A stretch of DNA of 64,000 nt from a virus (taxonomy: Duplodnaviria; Heunggongvirae; Uroviricota; Caudoviricetes). This document shows positions 39,531 to 50,421 of the stretch, piece after piece. The stretch is taken from the IMG/VR virus record IMGVR_UViG_2724679539_000005, positions 1-64,000 of that record. The stretch is one strand, 5' to 3'. The translations under genes and the position numbers were made by a program. Every line of letters begins with the position of its first letter. The stretch's first letter is position 1. Below the pieces are notes generated by a model. It was not told where the DNA came from, searched no databases, and was given only the letters and a program-made list of their open reading frames with translations.

Positions 39531-40027
39531 TGCCTCCATCATTACGAAAAGCTGTTGCTGCTGCTATTGGTGGCGGGGCTATTGCTATAGCATCTGTGTT
39601 AATCACTGGCCCAAGTGGTAACGATGGTCTGGAAGGTGTGAGACATAATCCTTACAAAGACATAGTTGGTGTATGGACTGTATGTTACGGACACACCGGA
39701 AAAGACATTATGCTCGGTAAAACGTATACCGAAGCAGAATGCAAAGCCCTCCTGAATAAAGACCTTGCCACTGTCGCCAGACAAATTAACCCGTACATCA
39801 AAGTCGATATACCGGAAACAACGCGCGGCGCTCTTTACTCGTTCGTCTACAACGTGGGTGCTGGCAATTTCAGAACATCGACGCTTCTTCGCAAAATAAA
39901 CCAGGGTGATATCAAAGGCGCATGTGATCAGCTACGGCGCTGGACATACGCTGGCGGTAAGCAATGGAAAGGTCTCATGACTCGTCGTGAGATTGAGCGT
40001 GAAATCTGTTTGTGGGGTCAGCAATGA
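39530..40027 (+). CDS. R: SAR endolysin (lysozyme)
   Basis: N-terminal Gly/Ala-rich SAR segment; lysozyme-like motifs. Confidence 0.85.
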   Translation: MPPSLRKAVAAAIGGGAIAIASVLITGPSGNDGLEGVRHNPYKDIVGVWTVCYGHTGKDIMLGKTYTEAECKALLNKDLATVARQINPYIKVDIPETTRGALYSFVYNVGAGNFRTSTLLRKINQGDIKGACDQLRRWTYAGGKQWKGLMTRREIEREICLWGQQ

Positions 40028-40485
40028 ACAGAGTAACCGCGATTATCTCCGCTCTGGTTATCTGCATCATCGTCTGCCTGTCATGGGCTGTTAATCATTA
40101 CCGTGATAACGCAATCGCCTACAAAGAGCAGCGCGATAACAAGGCCAGTGAACTGAAGCTGGCGAACTCGACAATTACTGATATGCAGCTTCGCCAGCGT
40201 GATGTTGCTGCGCTCGATGCAAAATACACGAAGGAGTTAGATGATGCGAAATCTGAAAATGATGCTCTGCGTGATGATGTTGCCGCTGGTCGTCGTCGGT
40301 TGCGCATCAAAGCAGTCTGTCCGTCCGTGCGTGAATCCACCACCGCCTCCGGCGTGGATAATGCAGCCTCCCCCCGACTGGCAGACACCGCTGAACGGAA
40401 TTATTTCACCCTCAGAGATAGACTGATAATAATGCAGAAACAACTGGAAGGGACTCAGCAGTATATTAAGGAACAGTGCAGATAA
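40024..40485 (+). CDS. Rz: i-spanin Rz
   Basis: N-terminal TM, coiled-coil; start overlaps endolysin stop. Confidence 0.8.
   Translation: MNRVTAIISALVICIIVCLSWAVNHYRDNAIAYKEQRDNKASELKLANSTITDMQLRQRDVAALDAKYTKELDDAKSENDALRDDVAAGRRRLRIKAVCPSVRESTTASGVDNAASPRLADTAERNYFTLRDRLIIMQKQLEGTQQYIKEQCR
40241..40426 (+). CDS. Rz1: o-spanin Rz1 (embedded in Rz, +1 frame)
   Basis: Lipobox VVGCAS, Pro-rich mature region. Confidence 0.7.
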   Translation: MMRNLKMMLCVMMLPLVVVGCASKQSVRPCVNPPPPPAWIMQPPPDWQTPLNGIISPSEID

Positions 40486-40516
40486 AGTTGCCCATATTGA
40501 TGGGCAACTCATGCAA

Positions 40517-40810
40517 TTATTGTGAGCAATATACCCGTGCTTCCAGCGGAGTATAAATGCCAAAAGTGATGAAACCGAGCAATCCATTTACGAATGTTTG
40601 CTGGGTTTCTGTTTTAACAACATTTTCTGCGCCGCCACAAATTTTGGCTGCATCAACAGTTTTCTCCTGTCCAATTCCCGAAACGAAGAAGTGATGGGTG
40701 ATGGTTTCCTTTGGTGTTACTGCTGTCGGTTTGTTTCCAACAGTAAACGTCTGTTGAGCACATCCTGTAATAAGCATTGCCAGAGCGGCAGAAAACAACA
40801 TTTTTTTCAT
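40517..40810 (-). CDS. bor: Bor lipoprotein
   Basis: 97 aa from MKKMLFSAALAMLITGC lipobox start. Confidence 0.8.
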   Translation of the reverse strand: MKKMLFSAALAMLITGCAQQTFTVGNKPTAVTPKETITHHFFVSGIGQEKTVDAAKICGGAENVVKTETQQTFVNGLLGFITFGIYTPLEARVYCSQ

Positions 40811-41390
40811 CTTATTATCCTGCATTGTTAAAAACGGCAGAATCCTATGTGACAACAATTAAACGATAGTTAAATGAATTGATGAAAATTAAAACTACAC
40901 AGGTGGACGCTCAGACTATTGGAGGGAGTTGGGGACATTCAGAATCCTGTGGAATGAAATAAACCGCTCTATCTGTCCTTTACCCTTTTAGCTGCGCTGT
41001 ATCGTCGCCGTATTCCCGCATTAACAATGACCGTAGCCCGACGGGGAACTCCTCTGCGCGAGTGTGCGGAAATAATCAAAAACGATGCACACCGGGTTTT
41101 TACCGCGCTAATTATTCGCGGGTTTGTCCCTCATGCTCGCAAGTTCTGTGTGGGGGGGAAGAAACAGGACATGTATTCTAGTCTGTGCGACCGTGGTCGT
41201 TCAGATTTTCATTCGTTTTGCGGAGTAAACCAGAGCGGTTGGCGGGTCCTCCTGGCGATTTGAAACACCGGGGGGCTGCGGACACGCGGAAAACGGCTGG
41301 TTTTTTGCATTTTATCGGCATCATCATCTTTTATCTAACCTGTTGATATTTCAGTTGTGAAGTTATTCATGATGTCGATTCGCTTAAATA

Positions 41391-41909
41391 TTGTTCACCA
41401 TCATGGATAACGAACTGAAAAATCTTCGCCTCAATATTAACCAGCTGGCGGCGCTGACTAATCTGCATCGTCAGACCGTCGCAAGTAGACTGAACAATGT
41501 TGAGCCTGCCCCCGGAAGTAACTCCCGCCTCAAGCTGTATTCGGTTCTGGATATTCTCAGGGAATTACTGGGCAGGACTACGACGCCGGAGCTGGTTGCT
41601 GTTGACAAAATGACACCGCCGGATCGAAAGGCGTGGTTTCAGTCTGAGCGGGAGCGCCTCAAGTTTCAGCAGGAGACCGGAGAGCTTATCCCGGCCTCAG
41701 AAGTCAGCCGGGAGTTTGCCTCAATGGCAAAAGCTGTCGTTCAGGTACTGGAAACGCTACCGGATATTCTCGAGCGTGACTGTGCAATGACACCGTCAGC
41801 CGTCGTCAGGGTGCAAAAAGTCATAGATGACCTGCGGGATCAGATTGCCATGAAGGTTGAGCTGGCAGAGTCGCCGGAACAGGAGGACAGTTTGTCACAA
41901 GAGGAGTAA
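41391..41909 (+). CDS. Putative terminase small subunit
   Basis: HTH-like N-terminus; immediately upstream of terminase large subunit. Confidence 0.5.
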   Translation: MFTIMDNELKNLRLNINQLAALTNLHRQTVASRLNNVEPAPGSNSRLKLYSVLDILRELLGRTTTPELVAVDKMTPPDRKAWFQSERERLKFQQETGELIPASEVSREFASMAKAVVQVLETLPDILERDCAMTPSAVVRVQKVIDDLRDQIAMKVELAESPEQEDSLSQEE

Positions 41910-41912
41910 GCC

Positions 41913-44030
41913 ATGCGACAGGCCACGGCGGCGGAAGTCAGAAAGAATACCGCCGGGATCATAAAGGCACCGCGTCGGATGCCTGTTGCCGAGGCCGTTC
42001 ATAAGTACATGCGGGTTCCCGTGGGCGTCGGAAACTCCGTCGAATGGGATCCGCAACTCGCCCCCTATGTCGTGGAGCCGATGAACTGCCTGGCATCACG
42101 TGAGTATGATGCTGTTATTTTTGTTGGTCCGGCCCGAACAGGTAAAACAATTGGGCTGATTGACGGCTGGGTGGTGTACAACGTGGTGTGTGACCCGTCG
42201 GATATGCTTATCGTCCAGATGACGGAAGAAAAAGCGCGTGAACACTCCAAAAAACGTCTGGCCAGAACATTTCGCGTCAGCCCGGAAGTGGCATGCAGGC
42301 TGAGTCCGTCGCGTAACGATAACAACGTTCATGACCGCACGTTTCTTGCCGGAAACTACCTCAAGATTGGCTGGCCCTCCGTCAACATCATGTCATCCTC
42401 GGATTTTAAATGCGTTGCACTGACGGATTACGACCGTTTTCCGGAGGATATCGACGGGGAAGGCGATGGTTTTTCGCTGGCCTCAAAACGAACCACCACA
42501 TTTATGTCGGCGGGCATGACCCTGGTGGAGAGCTCGCCAGGGCGGGAAATCACCAATACCAAATGGCGACGAAAATCACCCCATGAAGCGCCACCCACTA
42601 CCGGTATTCTGGCTTTATATAATCGCGGTGATCGCCGTCGCTGGTACTGGCCCTGTCCGCACTGTGGTGGGTACTTTCAGCCTGCTATGGAGGCGATGAC
42701 CGGTTACCGCGATATTGCCGATCCGGTAAAAGCCAGTGAAGCGGCACATATCGTCTGCCCGCACTGTAACGGGGTGATCACAGCTGATAAAAAGCGGGAG
42801 CTTAACGGACGTGGCGTCTGGCTCAGAGAAGGTCAGAGCATTGATAAAGCCGGGAATATATCGGGTGATGCCCGTCGTTCCCGCATCGCGTCCTTCTGGA
42901 TGGAAGGTCCCGCCGCGGCTTACCAGACCTGGGCACAGCTGGTTTACAAATTACTGACGGCAGAGCAGGACTATGAAACCACAGGCAGTGAAGAAACACT
43001 GAAAACGGTGATCAACACTGACTGGGGCTTACCTTATCTGCCACGCGCGGCGACCGAACAGCGCAGGGCTGATGTACTGATGCAGCGGGCGGAGGACTAC
43101 GGTAAACGTCTGGTACCACCGAAGGTGCGTTTTCTGCTGGCATCGGTGGATGTACAGGGCGGGAAGAAACGTCGTTTTGTGGTGCAGATTATCGGTTACG
43201 GTGAGAACGGCGAACGCTGGCTGGTGGATCGCTATAACATTCGTCAGTCCCTGCGCTGTGATGAAAACGGCGAGGCACTGACGATTCATCCGGGCTCTTA
43301 CCCTGAGGATTGGCAGTTGCTGATCACGGATGTGCTGGAGAAAACATACCCTCTCCAGTCAAATCCTTCCCGCCGTATGCCCGTGCTGGCTATGGCTGTG
43401 GACAGTGGGGGTGAGGATGGTGTGACGGATAATGCGTATAAGTTCTGGCGCACATGCCGCCGTGATGGTCTGGGAAAACGGGTATACCTGATAAAAGGTG
43501 ACAGTACCCGTCGCCAGAAAGTGATCACCCGAACACACCCTGATAATACCGGACGAAGCGATCGCCGGGCTGATGCCCGCGGCGAAGTACCGGTATATCT
43601 GTTGCAGACCGATCTGCTCAAAGATCAACTCAGCAATAATCTGGAGCGTGAAACCCCGGGGGCCGGGTATATCCATTTTCCCGACTGGCTCGGTGAGTGG
43701 TTTTACGAGGAGCTGACTTATGAGGAGCGGGGCAGCGACGGAAAATGGCGCAAGCCAGGTAAAGGGAACAACGAAGCATTCGACCTGTTCTGCTATGCCC
43801 ATGCCGTCGCTATTCTGCGTGGTTACGAAAAAATCCGAGACTGGGAGCAGCCGCCTGCCTGGGCGGCATCTCAGGACACAAATCCGGACATTATTGACGG
43901 GGAACGCCCCGGGGAGAGGGGAGTGAAAAAAGCGATATCCGCTCGTTCATCTCCGGTTGCCGTCACCGAACAGGCCAGCCCACTGTCTGGCGGCTGGCTG
44001 GGGGTCAGTGGTAACGGAGGCTGGCTATGA
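41913..44030 (+). CDS. Terminase large subunit (lambda gpA family)
   Basis: 705 aa; Walker A GPARTGKT; gpA-like organisation. Confidence 0.9.
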   Translation: MRQATAAEVRKNTAGIIKAPRRMPVAEAVHKYMRVPVGVGNSVEWDPQLAPYVVEPMNCLASREYDAVIFVGPARTGKTIGLIDGWVVYNVVCDPSDMLIVQMTEEKAREHSKKRLARTFRVSPEVACRLSPSRNDNNVHDRTFLAGNYLKIGWPSVNIMSSSDFKCVALTDYDRFPEDIDGEGDGFSLASKRTTTFMSAGMTLVESSPGREITNTKWRRKSPHEAPPTTGILALYNRGDRRRWYWPCPHCGGYFQPAMEAMTGYRDIADPVKASEAAHIVCPHCNGVITADKKRELNGRGVWLREGQSIDKAGNISGDARRSRIASFWMEGPAAAYQTWAQLVYKLLTAEQDYETTGSEETLKTVINTDWGLPYLPRAATEQRRADVLMQRAEDYGKRLVPPKVRFLLASVDVQGGKKRRFVVQIIGYGENGERWLVDRYNIRQSLRCDENGEALTIHPGSYPEDWQLLITDVLEKTYPLQSNPSRRMPVLAMAVDSGGEDGVTDNAYKFWRTCRRDGLGKRVYLIKGDSTRRQKVITRTHPDNTGRSDRRADARGEVPVYLLQTDLLKDQLSNNLERETPGAGYIHFPDWLGEWFYEELTYEERGSDGKWRKPGKGNNEAFDLFCYAHAVAILRGYEKIRDWEQPPAWAASQDTNPDIIDGERPGERGVKKAISARSSPVAVTEQASPLSGGWLGVSGNGGWL

Positions 44031-44242
44031 CGAAATCTGAAATCCAGCAGATGCTGGTCACGGTACGCCAGGCGTATCGTGATTCTCTGGACGGGAAAAG
44101 CGTGTCTTTTACTGGCGTGAATGGGCGCGCCATTACCAACCATGATCCCGTCGCACTTCGTAAAGAGCTTGAATACTGGGAAAAACGCTGGCAGGCCGTC
44201 AACGGTCGCGGCACCAACTTCAAACTCGCTAACTTTCTGTAA
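44027..44242 (+). CDS. Head-tail joining protein gpW-like
   Basis: 71 aa between terminase and portal. Confidence 0.55.
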   Translation: MTKSEIQQMLVTVRQAYRDSLDGKSVSFTGVNGRAITNHDPVALRKELEYWEKRWQAVNGRGTNFKLANFL

Positions 44243-44250
44243 GGTCATTC

Positions 44251-45762
44251 ATGGGCATTTTTGACAGGGCACTTGGCGCGATTGCGCCAGGGTGGGCTGT
44301 TTCGCGCGCCAGAAACAGAATGCTTCTTCGCGCCTACGAGGCGGCGCACCCCTCCAGAGTGAACAAAACAAAACGTGAGAGTCGGGCGGCAGATACTGCG
44401 GTGGGTGTGGCTGGCGTATCTCTGCGTGAGCAGGCACGGGCACTGGATGAAGACCATGACATAGTGATTGGTCTGCTGGATAAGCTGGAAGAACGTGTTA
44501 TTGGTGCGCAGGGGATCCAGGTGGAGCCGCAACCGCTCAGTCTGGACGGTAAGCTGCATGAAGAATTTGCAGCACAGATATCTGCACTCTGGTCGGAATG
44601 GTCGGTGCGTCCGGAGGTGACGGGGGTGTTTACCCGTCCGGAAGCCGAGCGACTGGCGCTGCGTTCAGCACTGCGTGATGGTGAGATGTTCACGCAGCTG
44701 GTGCGGGGCCCGGTTGCCGGACTGACGCACGCTACCCGAGTGCCGTTTTCACTGGAACTGCTGGAAGCTGATTTTGTCCCGTTCAGTCTGAACAGCACAT
44801 CGGGGCAGCAGATCCGCCAGGGCATTATCGTTAACGACTGGGGGCGTCCTGTTGGTTACCGGGTTTACAAATATCACCCGGCCAGTATGACGCGCTTCAG
44901 CGCTGAACTGAAAACCATTGCGGCAGAGAACATGCTGCACCTTGCCCAGCGTAAACGCCTTCACCAGTTACGTGGCATAAGTCTGCTTCATGGGGTGATC
45001 CGCCGTCTGGGTGACATTAAGGACTACGAAGAGAGCGAACGTGTGGCTGCCCGCATTGCTGCCGCGCTGGGCTTCTACATCAAGCGTGGTGATGCCGCCA
45101 GCTTTCCGGCGGATGAAGACTGGAAACCCTCAGGACAAAAGTACCGCCACTTTGATATTGCGCCAGGCATGATTTTCGACGACCTGGCGCCGGGGGAAGA
45201 TCTGGGCATGGTTGAGTCAAACCGTCCGAACGTCCACCTCCATGAGTTTCGTAACGGGCAACTGCGGGCGGTTGCCGCCGGGAGTCGCGGTAGCTATTCC
45301 AGTATTGCCCGTGACTATAACGGCACCTACAGCGCACAACGTCAGGAACTGGTGGAAAGTTACGAAGGTTATAACGTCCTGCAGCAATGGTTTGTGGGGC
45401 AGTTCAGCCGTCCGGTGTACCGCGCCTGGCTGGCAATGGCGCTGCTTGACATGGATATCCCGCCTGATATCGACAAAACCACGCTCTTTAACGCGACCTA
45501 TCTTGGTCCGGTGATGCCGTGGATTGATCCCGTCAAAGAGGCTGCAGCATGGCGGGCCATTCTTCGTGGTGGAGCAGGAACGGAAGCCGAGTGGATCCGT
45601 GCCAGAGGGCAGTCACCGCAGGAGGTCAAACGCCAGCGAATGCGTGAAACCGAATTTAACCGACAAAACGGGCTGGTGTTCGATTCTGACGCCGCCAACG
45701 ATAAAGGAGTGCTCCCTGATGCAGCAAATGATAAGCCCGCCCTGTCGCGGGATGACGATTAA
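44251..45762 (+). CDS. Portal protein (lambda B family)
   Basis: 503 aa after gpW. Confidence 0.85.
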   Translation: MGIFDRALGAIAPGWAVSRARNRMLLRAYEAAHPSRVNKTKRESRAADTAVGVAGVSLREQARALDEDHDIVIGLLDKLEERVIGAQGIQVEPQPLSLDGKLHEEFAAQISALWSEWSVRPEVTGVFTRPEAERLALRSALRDGEMFTQLVRGPVAGLTHATRVPFSLELLEADFVPFSLNSTSGQQIRQGIIVNDWGRPVGYRVYKYHPASMTRFSAELKTIAAENMLHLAQRKRLHQLRGISLLHGVIRRLGDIKDYEESERVAARIAAALGFYIKRGDAASFPADEDWKPSGQKYRHFDIAPGMIFDDLAPGEDLGMVESNRPNVHLHEFRNGQLRAVAAGSRGSYSSIARDYNGTYSAQRQELVESYEGYNVLQQWFVGQFSRPVYRAWLAMALLDMDIPPDIDKTTLFNATYLGPVMPWIDPVKEAAAWRAILRGGAGTEAEWIRARGQSPQEVKRQRMRETEFNRQNGLVFDSDAANDKGVLPDAANDKPALSRDDD

Positions 45763-47797
45763 CCCCCGCGCCAGCCTTGCGGGTGTCGATGCCGCAAACG
45801 GTCAGTGCTGGTACGAAATCCGTGCACAGGCAACCGGACGGGTGGAAATTTTCCTCTATGACGTGATTGGTGGATGGGGCATCACCGCGCAGCAGTTTAT
45901 CACTGACTGTAAAGATGCGGGGGTGTTTGAGGCCAGCGCCATTGATCTGCATATCCACAGCCCGGGCGGTGATGTGATGCAGGGCTTTGCCATCTTTAAC
46001 ACGCTGTCACGCCTGAAAGCGAAGGTGGATATCTGGGTGGATGGTGTCGCTGCCAGTATGGCATCGATGATCGTCTGCCTTCCCGGAGCCACAGTACATA
46101 TGCCTGAAAACGCCTGGATTATGGTGCATAAGCCCTGGGGCGGGATCGCCGGTGATTCCGATGATATGCGTGATTATGCCGACTGGCTGGATCGCAACGA
46201 GGCGCTGATGCTGTCTGCCTACATGAATAAAACCGGACTGGGGCAGGAGGAGCTGGAGGCCATGCTGAAAGCGGAAACCTGGCTCAGCGGCGCTGAAGCT
46301 GTGGAAAAGGGCTTTGCAGACTCCCTCGAACCCGAATTACAGGCTGCGGCCTGTGTGAACCAAAATAAACTGAAGGATTATCAGAATATGCCAGAACAGG
46401 TTAATGCTCTTTTTGCTCCGCGTGCAGAAACTCAGGTTACCCCACCGCAGGCCAGCCAGCCTCCGGCACCACAGGTATCTCAGGACACGCAGCAGCCAGG
46501 CGCCGTAGATATTGCCGCGCTGGCCACTCAGCTTCAGCAGCAGATGCAGGCTGCCAATGCGGAACGTGTGAACGCTGTCTCTGCCGTGTTCGACGCATTT
46601 CCGGCATTTGCCTCGCTGAAAGCGGAATGCCTGAGCGATTTCACCTGCTCGGCTGAAAAAGCCCGTGAACGACTGCTGCAGGCGCTGGCGGCGGGTACCA
46701 CGCCCTGTGCCGGGCCGGGAGCAGCACACATTTACGCAGGCAACGGCAATCTGGTGGGTGATTCCATCCGTGCAGCAGTGATGGCTCGCGCAGGGTACAG
46801 CGAAGCCGAAAAAGACAATGCCTATAACGGCTTTACGTTACGCGAACTGGCGCGTGCCTCACTGGTGGATCGCGGCATAGGGATTTCAGGACATGCCGCA
46901 CCGATGGCAATGGTGGGGCTGGCATTCACCCACAGTGGCAGTGACTTTGGCAATATCCTGATGGATGTTGCTCACAAAGCGGCACTGCAGGGCTGGGACA
47001 GCGCCAGTGAAACGTTTGATCAGTGGACCCGCAAGGGCACACTGTCAGATTTTAAAACTGCCCACCGTGTGGGGCTGGAGGCTTTCCCGACCCTGCGACA
47101 GGTTCAGCCGGGCGCTGAATATAAGTATGTAACCCTTAAAGATCGTGGTGAGCCCATTGCGCTGGCTACGTATGGCGAACTCTTCAGCATTGATCGCCAG
47201 ACCATCATTAACGATGACCTGGATATGCTGACCCGTATTCCGATGGCAATGGGAGCAGCAGCGCGTACCACAGTGGGCGATCTTGTCTGGGCCGTACTGA
47301 CCAGCAACCCGAAAATGTCTGATGGTAAACCGTTGTTCCATGCCGATCACGGCAACCTGGTGACTGCGGATCTGTCCATTGAAGGACTGGATGCAGGGCG
47401 TAAAGCCATGTTGCTGCAAAAGTCCGGTAGCCGCCGCCTGAATATTCGTCCGGCCTTTATGCTGACACCTGTTGCCATTGAATCCCGGGCAAGTCAGTTA
47501 ATTAAATCTTCCAGTGTACCGGGGGCAGATGCCAACAGCGGCATTGTTAACCCGATCCAGAACTTTGCCACCGTTCTGTCAGAAGCCCGTCTGGATGACA
47601 GCAGCCCGACCGATTATTACCTGGTGGCGGCACAGGGGCGTGACACGATTGAAGTGGCTTATCTTGACGGTATCGATACTCCGTATCTGGAACAGCAGCA
47701 GGGCTTTACCGTTGACGGGGCCGCATTCAAAGTGCGCATTGATGCCGGGGTCGCACCGCTTGACTGGCGTGGCATGGTTAAAGTCAAAAAACAGTAA
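45719..47797 (+). CDS. Head maturation protease (ClpP-like) / scaffold / major capsid fusion protein
   Basis: ClpP-like N-terminal domain, Gln/Ala-rich linker, capsid-like C-terminus; AAAGGAG SD before ATG at 45719. Confidence 0.8.
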   Translation: MQQMISPPCRGMTINPRASLAGVDAANGQCWYEIRAQATGRVEIFLYDVIGGWGITAQQFITDCKDAGVFEASAIDLHIHSPGGDVMQGFAIFNTLSRLKAKVDIWVDGVAASMASMIVCLPGATVHMPENAWIMVHKPWGGIAGDSDDMRDYADWLDRNEALMLSAYMNKTGLGQEELEAMLKAETWLSGAEAVEKGFADSLEPELQAAACVNQNKLKDYQNMPEQVNALFAPRAETQVTPPQASQPPAPQVSQDTQQPGAVDIAALATQLQQQMQAANAERVNAVSAVFDAFPAFASLKAECLSDFTCSAEKARERLLQALAAGTTPCAGPGAAHIYAGNGNLVGDSIRAAVMARAGYSEAEKDNAYNGFTLRELARASLVDRGIGISGHAAPMAMVGLAFTHSGSDFGNILMDVAHKAALQGWDSASETFDQWTRKGTLSDFKTAHRVGLEAFPTLRQVQPGAEYKYVTLKDRGEPIALATYGELFSIDRQTIINDDLDMLTRIPMAMGAAARTTVGDLVWAVLTSNPKMSDGKPLFHADHGNLVTADLSIEGLDAGRKAMLLQKSGSRRLNIRPAFMLTPVAIESRASQLIKSSSVPGADANSGIVNPIQNFATVLSEARLDDSSPTDYYLVAAQGRDTIEVAYLDGIDTPYLEQQQGFTVDGAAFKVRIDAGVAPLDWRGMVKVKKQ

Positions 47798-47800
47798 TTC

Positions 47801-47826
47801 ACCGCCGCGTCAGGCGGTTTTTTTTA
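47801..47826 (+). terminator. Rho-independent terminator after capsid gene
   Basis: ACCGCC..GGCGGT hairpin followed by T9. Confidence 0.55.
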
Positions 47827-47868
47827 CTCAGGCGGCACCGTCGGGAGCCGCTTATACCGGAGGTAAAA

Positions 47869-48198
47869 ATGTCAAAAAATTATGTTCAGGACGGTACGAC
47901 CGTTGAATGGGTGAACGATAGCGGTAAAACAGTCTTATCCGGGGAACTGGTCGTTAAAGACAATCTGATCGGGGTGGCGCATGCGGATATTCTGCAGGAT
48001 GGCTCAGGTGTTTTGCATACCACGGGGATTTTTGCATTACCCAAAGAAGCTGAAGAACTGACACAGGGAAAACGGGTATATCTCAGGTCTGATACTGCCA
48101 CGCTGACAGCAACAGAATCGGGCAATGCGCTGGTGGGAACCGTATGGGCAGCGGCAGAAACCAGCGATGCTACCGTGTGTGTGCGTCTCGGTTACTGA
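47869..48198 (+). CDS. Phage head-associated protein (hypothetical)
   Basis: 109-aa ORF after capsid gene. Confidence 0.45.
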   Translation: MSKNYVQDGTTVEWVNDSGKTVLSGELVVKDNLIGVAHADILQDGSGVLHTTGIFALPKEAEELTQGKRVYLRSDTATLTATESGNALVGTVWAAAETSDATVCVRLGY

Positions 48199-48554
48199 TG
48201 GGCAATTTCCATGAACGGCTGATGCGGGCAGAGGCCCGCATAACGCGACTTTTTGCGCAGCCATACCCCGCAGTGTTGTACATCGGTAATGAATGTCGTC
48301 AGGTGAATGTGATTTTTGAAACGCCGGATGCTCCGGTCAGTGTTCCGGGTGGCGGAGAAATCAGCAATCACGCCCCGGCATTCAGTGCGATGACGACGGA
48401 TATTGTCGGACTGTCCAGGCATGATGAGGTGGTGGTGAACAATATTCGCTACCGGGTAACGCATGTCGGTGCGAACGAAGCCGGGCGCACCCGTGTCACA
48501 CTGGCGTATGGCGCACCGGGAAACGTTCAGCCACCGATTGAACAATGGAGCTGA
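48198..48554 (+). CDS. Putative head-tail connector protein
   Basis: ATG overlapping upstream stop. Confidence 0.4.
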   Translation: MGNFHERLMRAEARITRLFAQPYPAVLYIGNECRQVNVIFETPDAPVSVPGGGEISNHAPAFSAMTTDIVGLSRHDEVVVNNIRYRVTHVGANEAGRTRVTLAYGAPGNVQPPIEQWS

Positions 48555-48555
48555 T

Positions 48556-49212
48556 ATGGCGCGAGGATTCAGACTGCGACGGGATTTACCGATCGATATT
48601 GATGTGGATGCTATCTGGCAGATTGCGGACAGTATCGGTGCCACACAAAAACAGTTTCGGGCAGCCTACTCCCGGGCGCTCAGACGAACTGCTGCCACCC
48701 TGCGCAAAAAAGCGCTGGCTGATCTGAAAGACGGGCTGGCGCCGCGCAGTATCGGGCTGGTACGCCGCCGTCTGCTCTCTTTTCGCCTCGACAGAGGCTC
48801 CCGGCTGGATAATTTCAGGATCTGGTTTGGTCTCAACGCCATTAAGGTTAAAGACCTGAAAGGGCGAATTAACGGGCGGCTACGCCCGCGCCATACCCTG
48901 CGGGATAAATCCACGGGGCGTTTTATCAAAGCTCGTCGACAGGTAAAAAATGCCGGGTTTACGCCTAAAGGCAGTCTGCTTTCGACACTGACCTTCGAAA
49001 ATGGCGAAGTCGCCCGCTCAAAACGAGAGAATCGGCGAACGGTGGTTATTCGTGATCCGCAAACCCGGCGTACCCGGGAAGCTGAGGTGGATATTTATGA
49101 ACCGATGCTCAATTACATTGAAGATAACGCCTTTGCCGAAGCAATGGACATTTTCATGCACCATTTTGAAACAGATATCCGTGGGCGGGTGAAAGCCAGG
49201 ATATCTGTATGA
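48556..49212 (+). CDS. Putative head-tail/tail completion protein
   Basis: ORF from internal ATG MARGFRLR. Confidence 0.4.
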   Translation: MARGFRLRRDLPIDIDVDAIWQIADSIGATQKQFRAAYSRALRRTAATLRKKALADLKDGLAPRSIGLVRRRLLSFRLDRGSRLDNFRIWFGLNAIKVKDLKGRINGRLRPRHTLRDKSTGRFIKARRQVKNAGFTPKGSLLSTLTFENGEVARSKRENRRTVVIRDPQTRRTREAEVDIYEPMLNYIEDNAFAEAMDIFMHHFETDIRGRVKARISV

Positions 49213-49222
49213 GGTCATCACA

Positions 49223-49774
49223 ATGGCTGAACCTTTATCTCTGGCCCGATACCACGATGCGGTTATCAGTGCGCTGAAGCAGATAACGTGGGTAAGTGAT
49301 GCCGGAGCTTATCCTGAAAAAAATATTCCCCGTTTCACCGGGCTGGTGACGCCTGCCGTGTATTTCACCATTAACAGCTGGGAGCAGAACGGCGGCAATG
49401 AGGGGCAACTCAATGTTGAACTCTCGTGCGATCTTTATGTGGTGGTTGATGCCGCGTCTGGTCTCAGTTGTCCGGAAATCTTCCTGCGAACAGCGGCAGC
49501 AGATATTACGCAGTGGATTGACGGGCAACAGTTTGGTCTGACTCACATTTCACCCGCCGTATTCACTGCTGCAGAGCGTGACGAATTTGATCCTCGCATG
49601 GATGACTACCTGGTGTGGCGGGTGTCGTTTACCCAGGAGGCAGCTTTTGGCGTGGATCCGTTCGCCCGCACCGCTATGCCACTGAGTCAGGTCTGGCTGG
49701 GAGTAGCACCGGATACGGGGCGGCAGCATGTGGACGACTATTACCTTATCCTGGAGGCAGGAGCTGATGAGTGA
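49223..49774 (+). CDS. Phage structural protein (hypothetical)
   Basis: 183-aa ORF. Confidence 0.4.
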   Translation: MAEPLSLARYHDAVISALKQITWVSDAGAYPEKNIPRFTGLVTPAVYFTINSWEQNGGNEGQLNVELSCDLYVVVDAASGLSCPEIFLRTAAADITQWIDGQQFGLTHISPAVFTAAERDEFDPRMDDYLVWRVSFTQEAAFGVDPFARTAMPLSQVWLGVAPDTGRQHVDDYYLILEAGADE

Positions 49775-50384
49775 CATTACAGGGGATTTGCAACGCAGAC
49801 TGGCAAATCTGGTACGACGCGGTGTGATTCATTCTGTCCGGCATGATGGTATCCCCAAATGCCGGGTTGATCTGGGCGATATCATCACGACCTGGCTGCC
49901 GCTGTGTCAGGGTTTTTCTGGCGCAAACCGGGCTGATTCGAATCCTTATGCCGTCGGTGATGCGGTGACAGTGTTGTCGGAGGCCGGAGAGTTAAACAAC
50001 GGGCGGGTGTTTCCTGGCTGGAACACCGGGAAATTACCCGTGCCGGAGGGCAGCGACAGCGAACATATTACCCGTTACAGCGACGGCACAGAGATCCGGT
50101 ATGACCGGGCAGCTCATGCCCTGACGATCACCCTGACCGAAGGAGGCACTTACAAAATCACCGGTAAGGGTACGCTTGATGGTCCGGTTGAAATCACCGA
50201 TACCCTGACTGTACAGGGGAAAACGCAGATTAACGCCGATACGACGGTGAAGGGTAATATTGGTGCCTCTGCAGAAATTACCGACAAAACCGGCAGTATG
50301 AGCGGGATCCGCAACATCTTTAACGAGCACAACCACCCCGGCGACAGTGGCGGGAGTACGGATAAACCTAATCAGAAAATGTGA
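49767..50384 (+). CDS. Baseplate spike protein gpV (P2 V family)
   Basis: C-terminal HNHPGDSGGST and N-terminal VRRGVI..CRV..WLP resemble P2 gpV. Confidence 0.75.
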   Translation: MSDITGDLQRRLANLVRRGVIHSVRHDGIPKCRVDLGDIITTWLPLCQGFSGANRADSNPYAVGDAVTVLSEAGELNNGRVFPGWNTGKLPVPEGSDSEHITRYSDGTEIRYDRAAHALTITLTEGGTYKITGKGTLDGPVEITDTLTVQGKTQINADTTVKGNIGASAEITDKTGSMSGIRNIFNEHNHPGDSGGSTDKPNQKM

Positions 50385-50406
50385 CCTGCTGCGGCAGGTT
50401 TTTTTA
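50384..50406 (+). terminator. Rho-independent terminator
   Basis: CCTGCTGCGGCAGG hairpin followed by T7. Confidence 0.5.
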
Positions 50407-50421
50407 TGGCTGGAGAAAGAC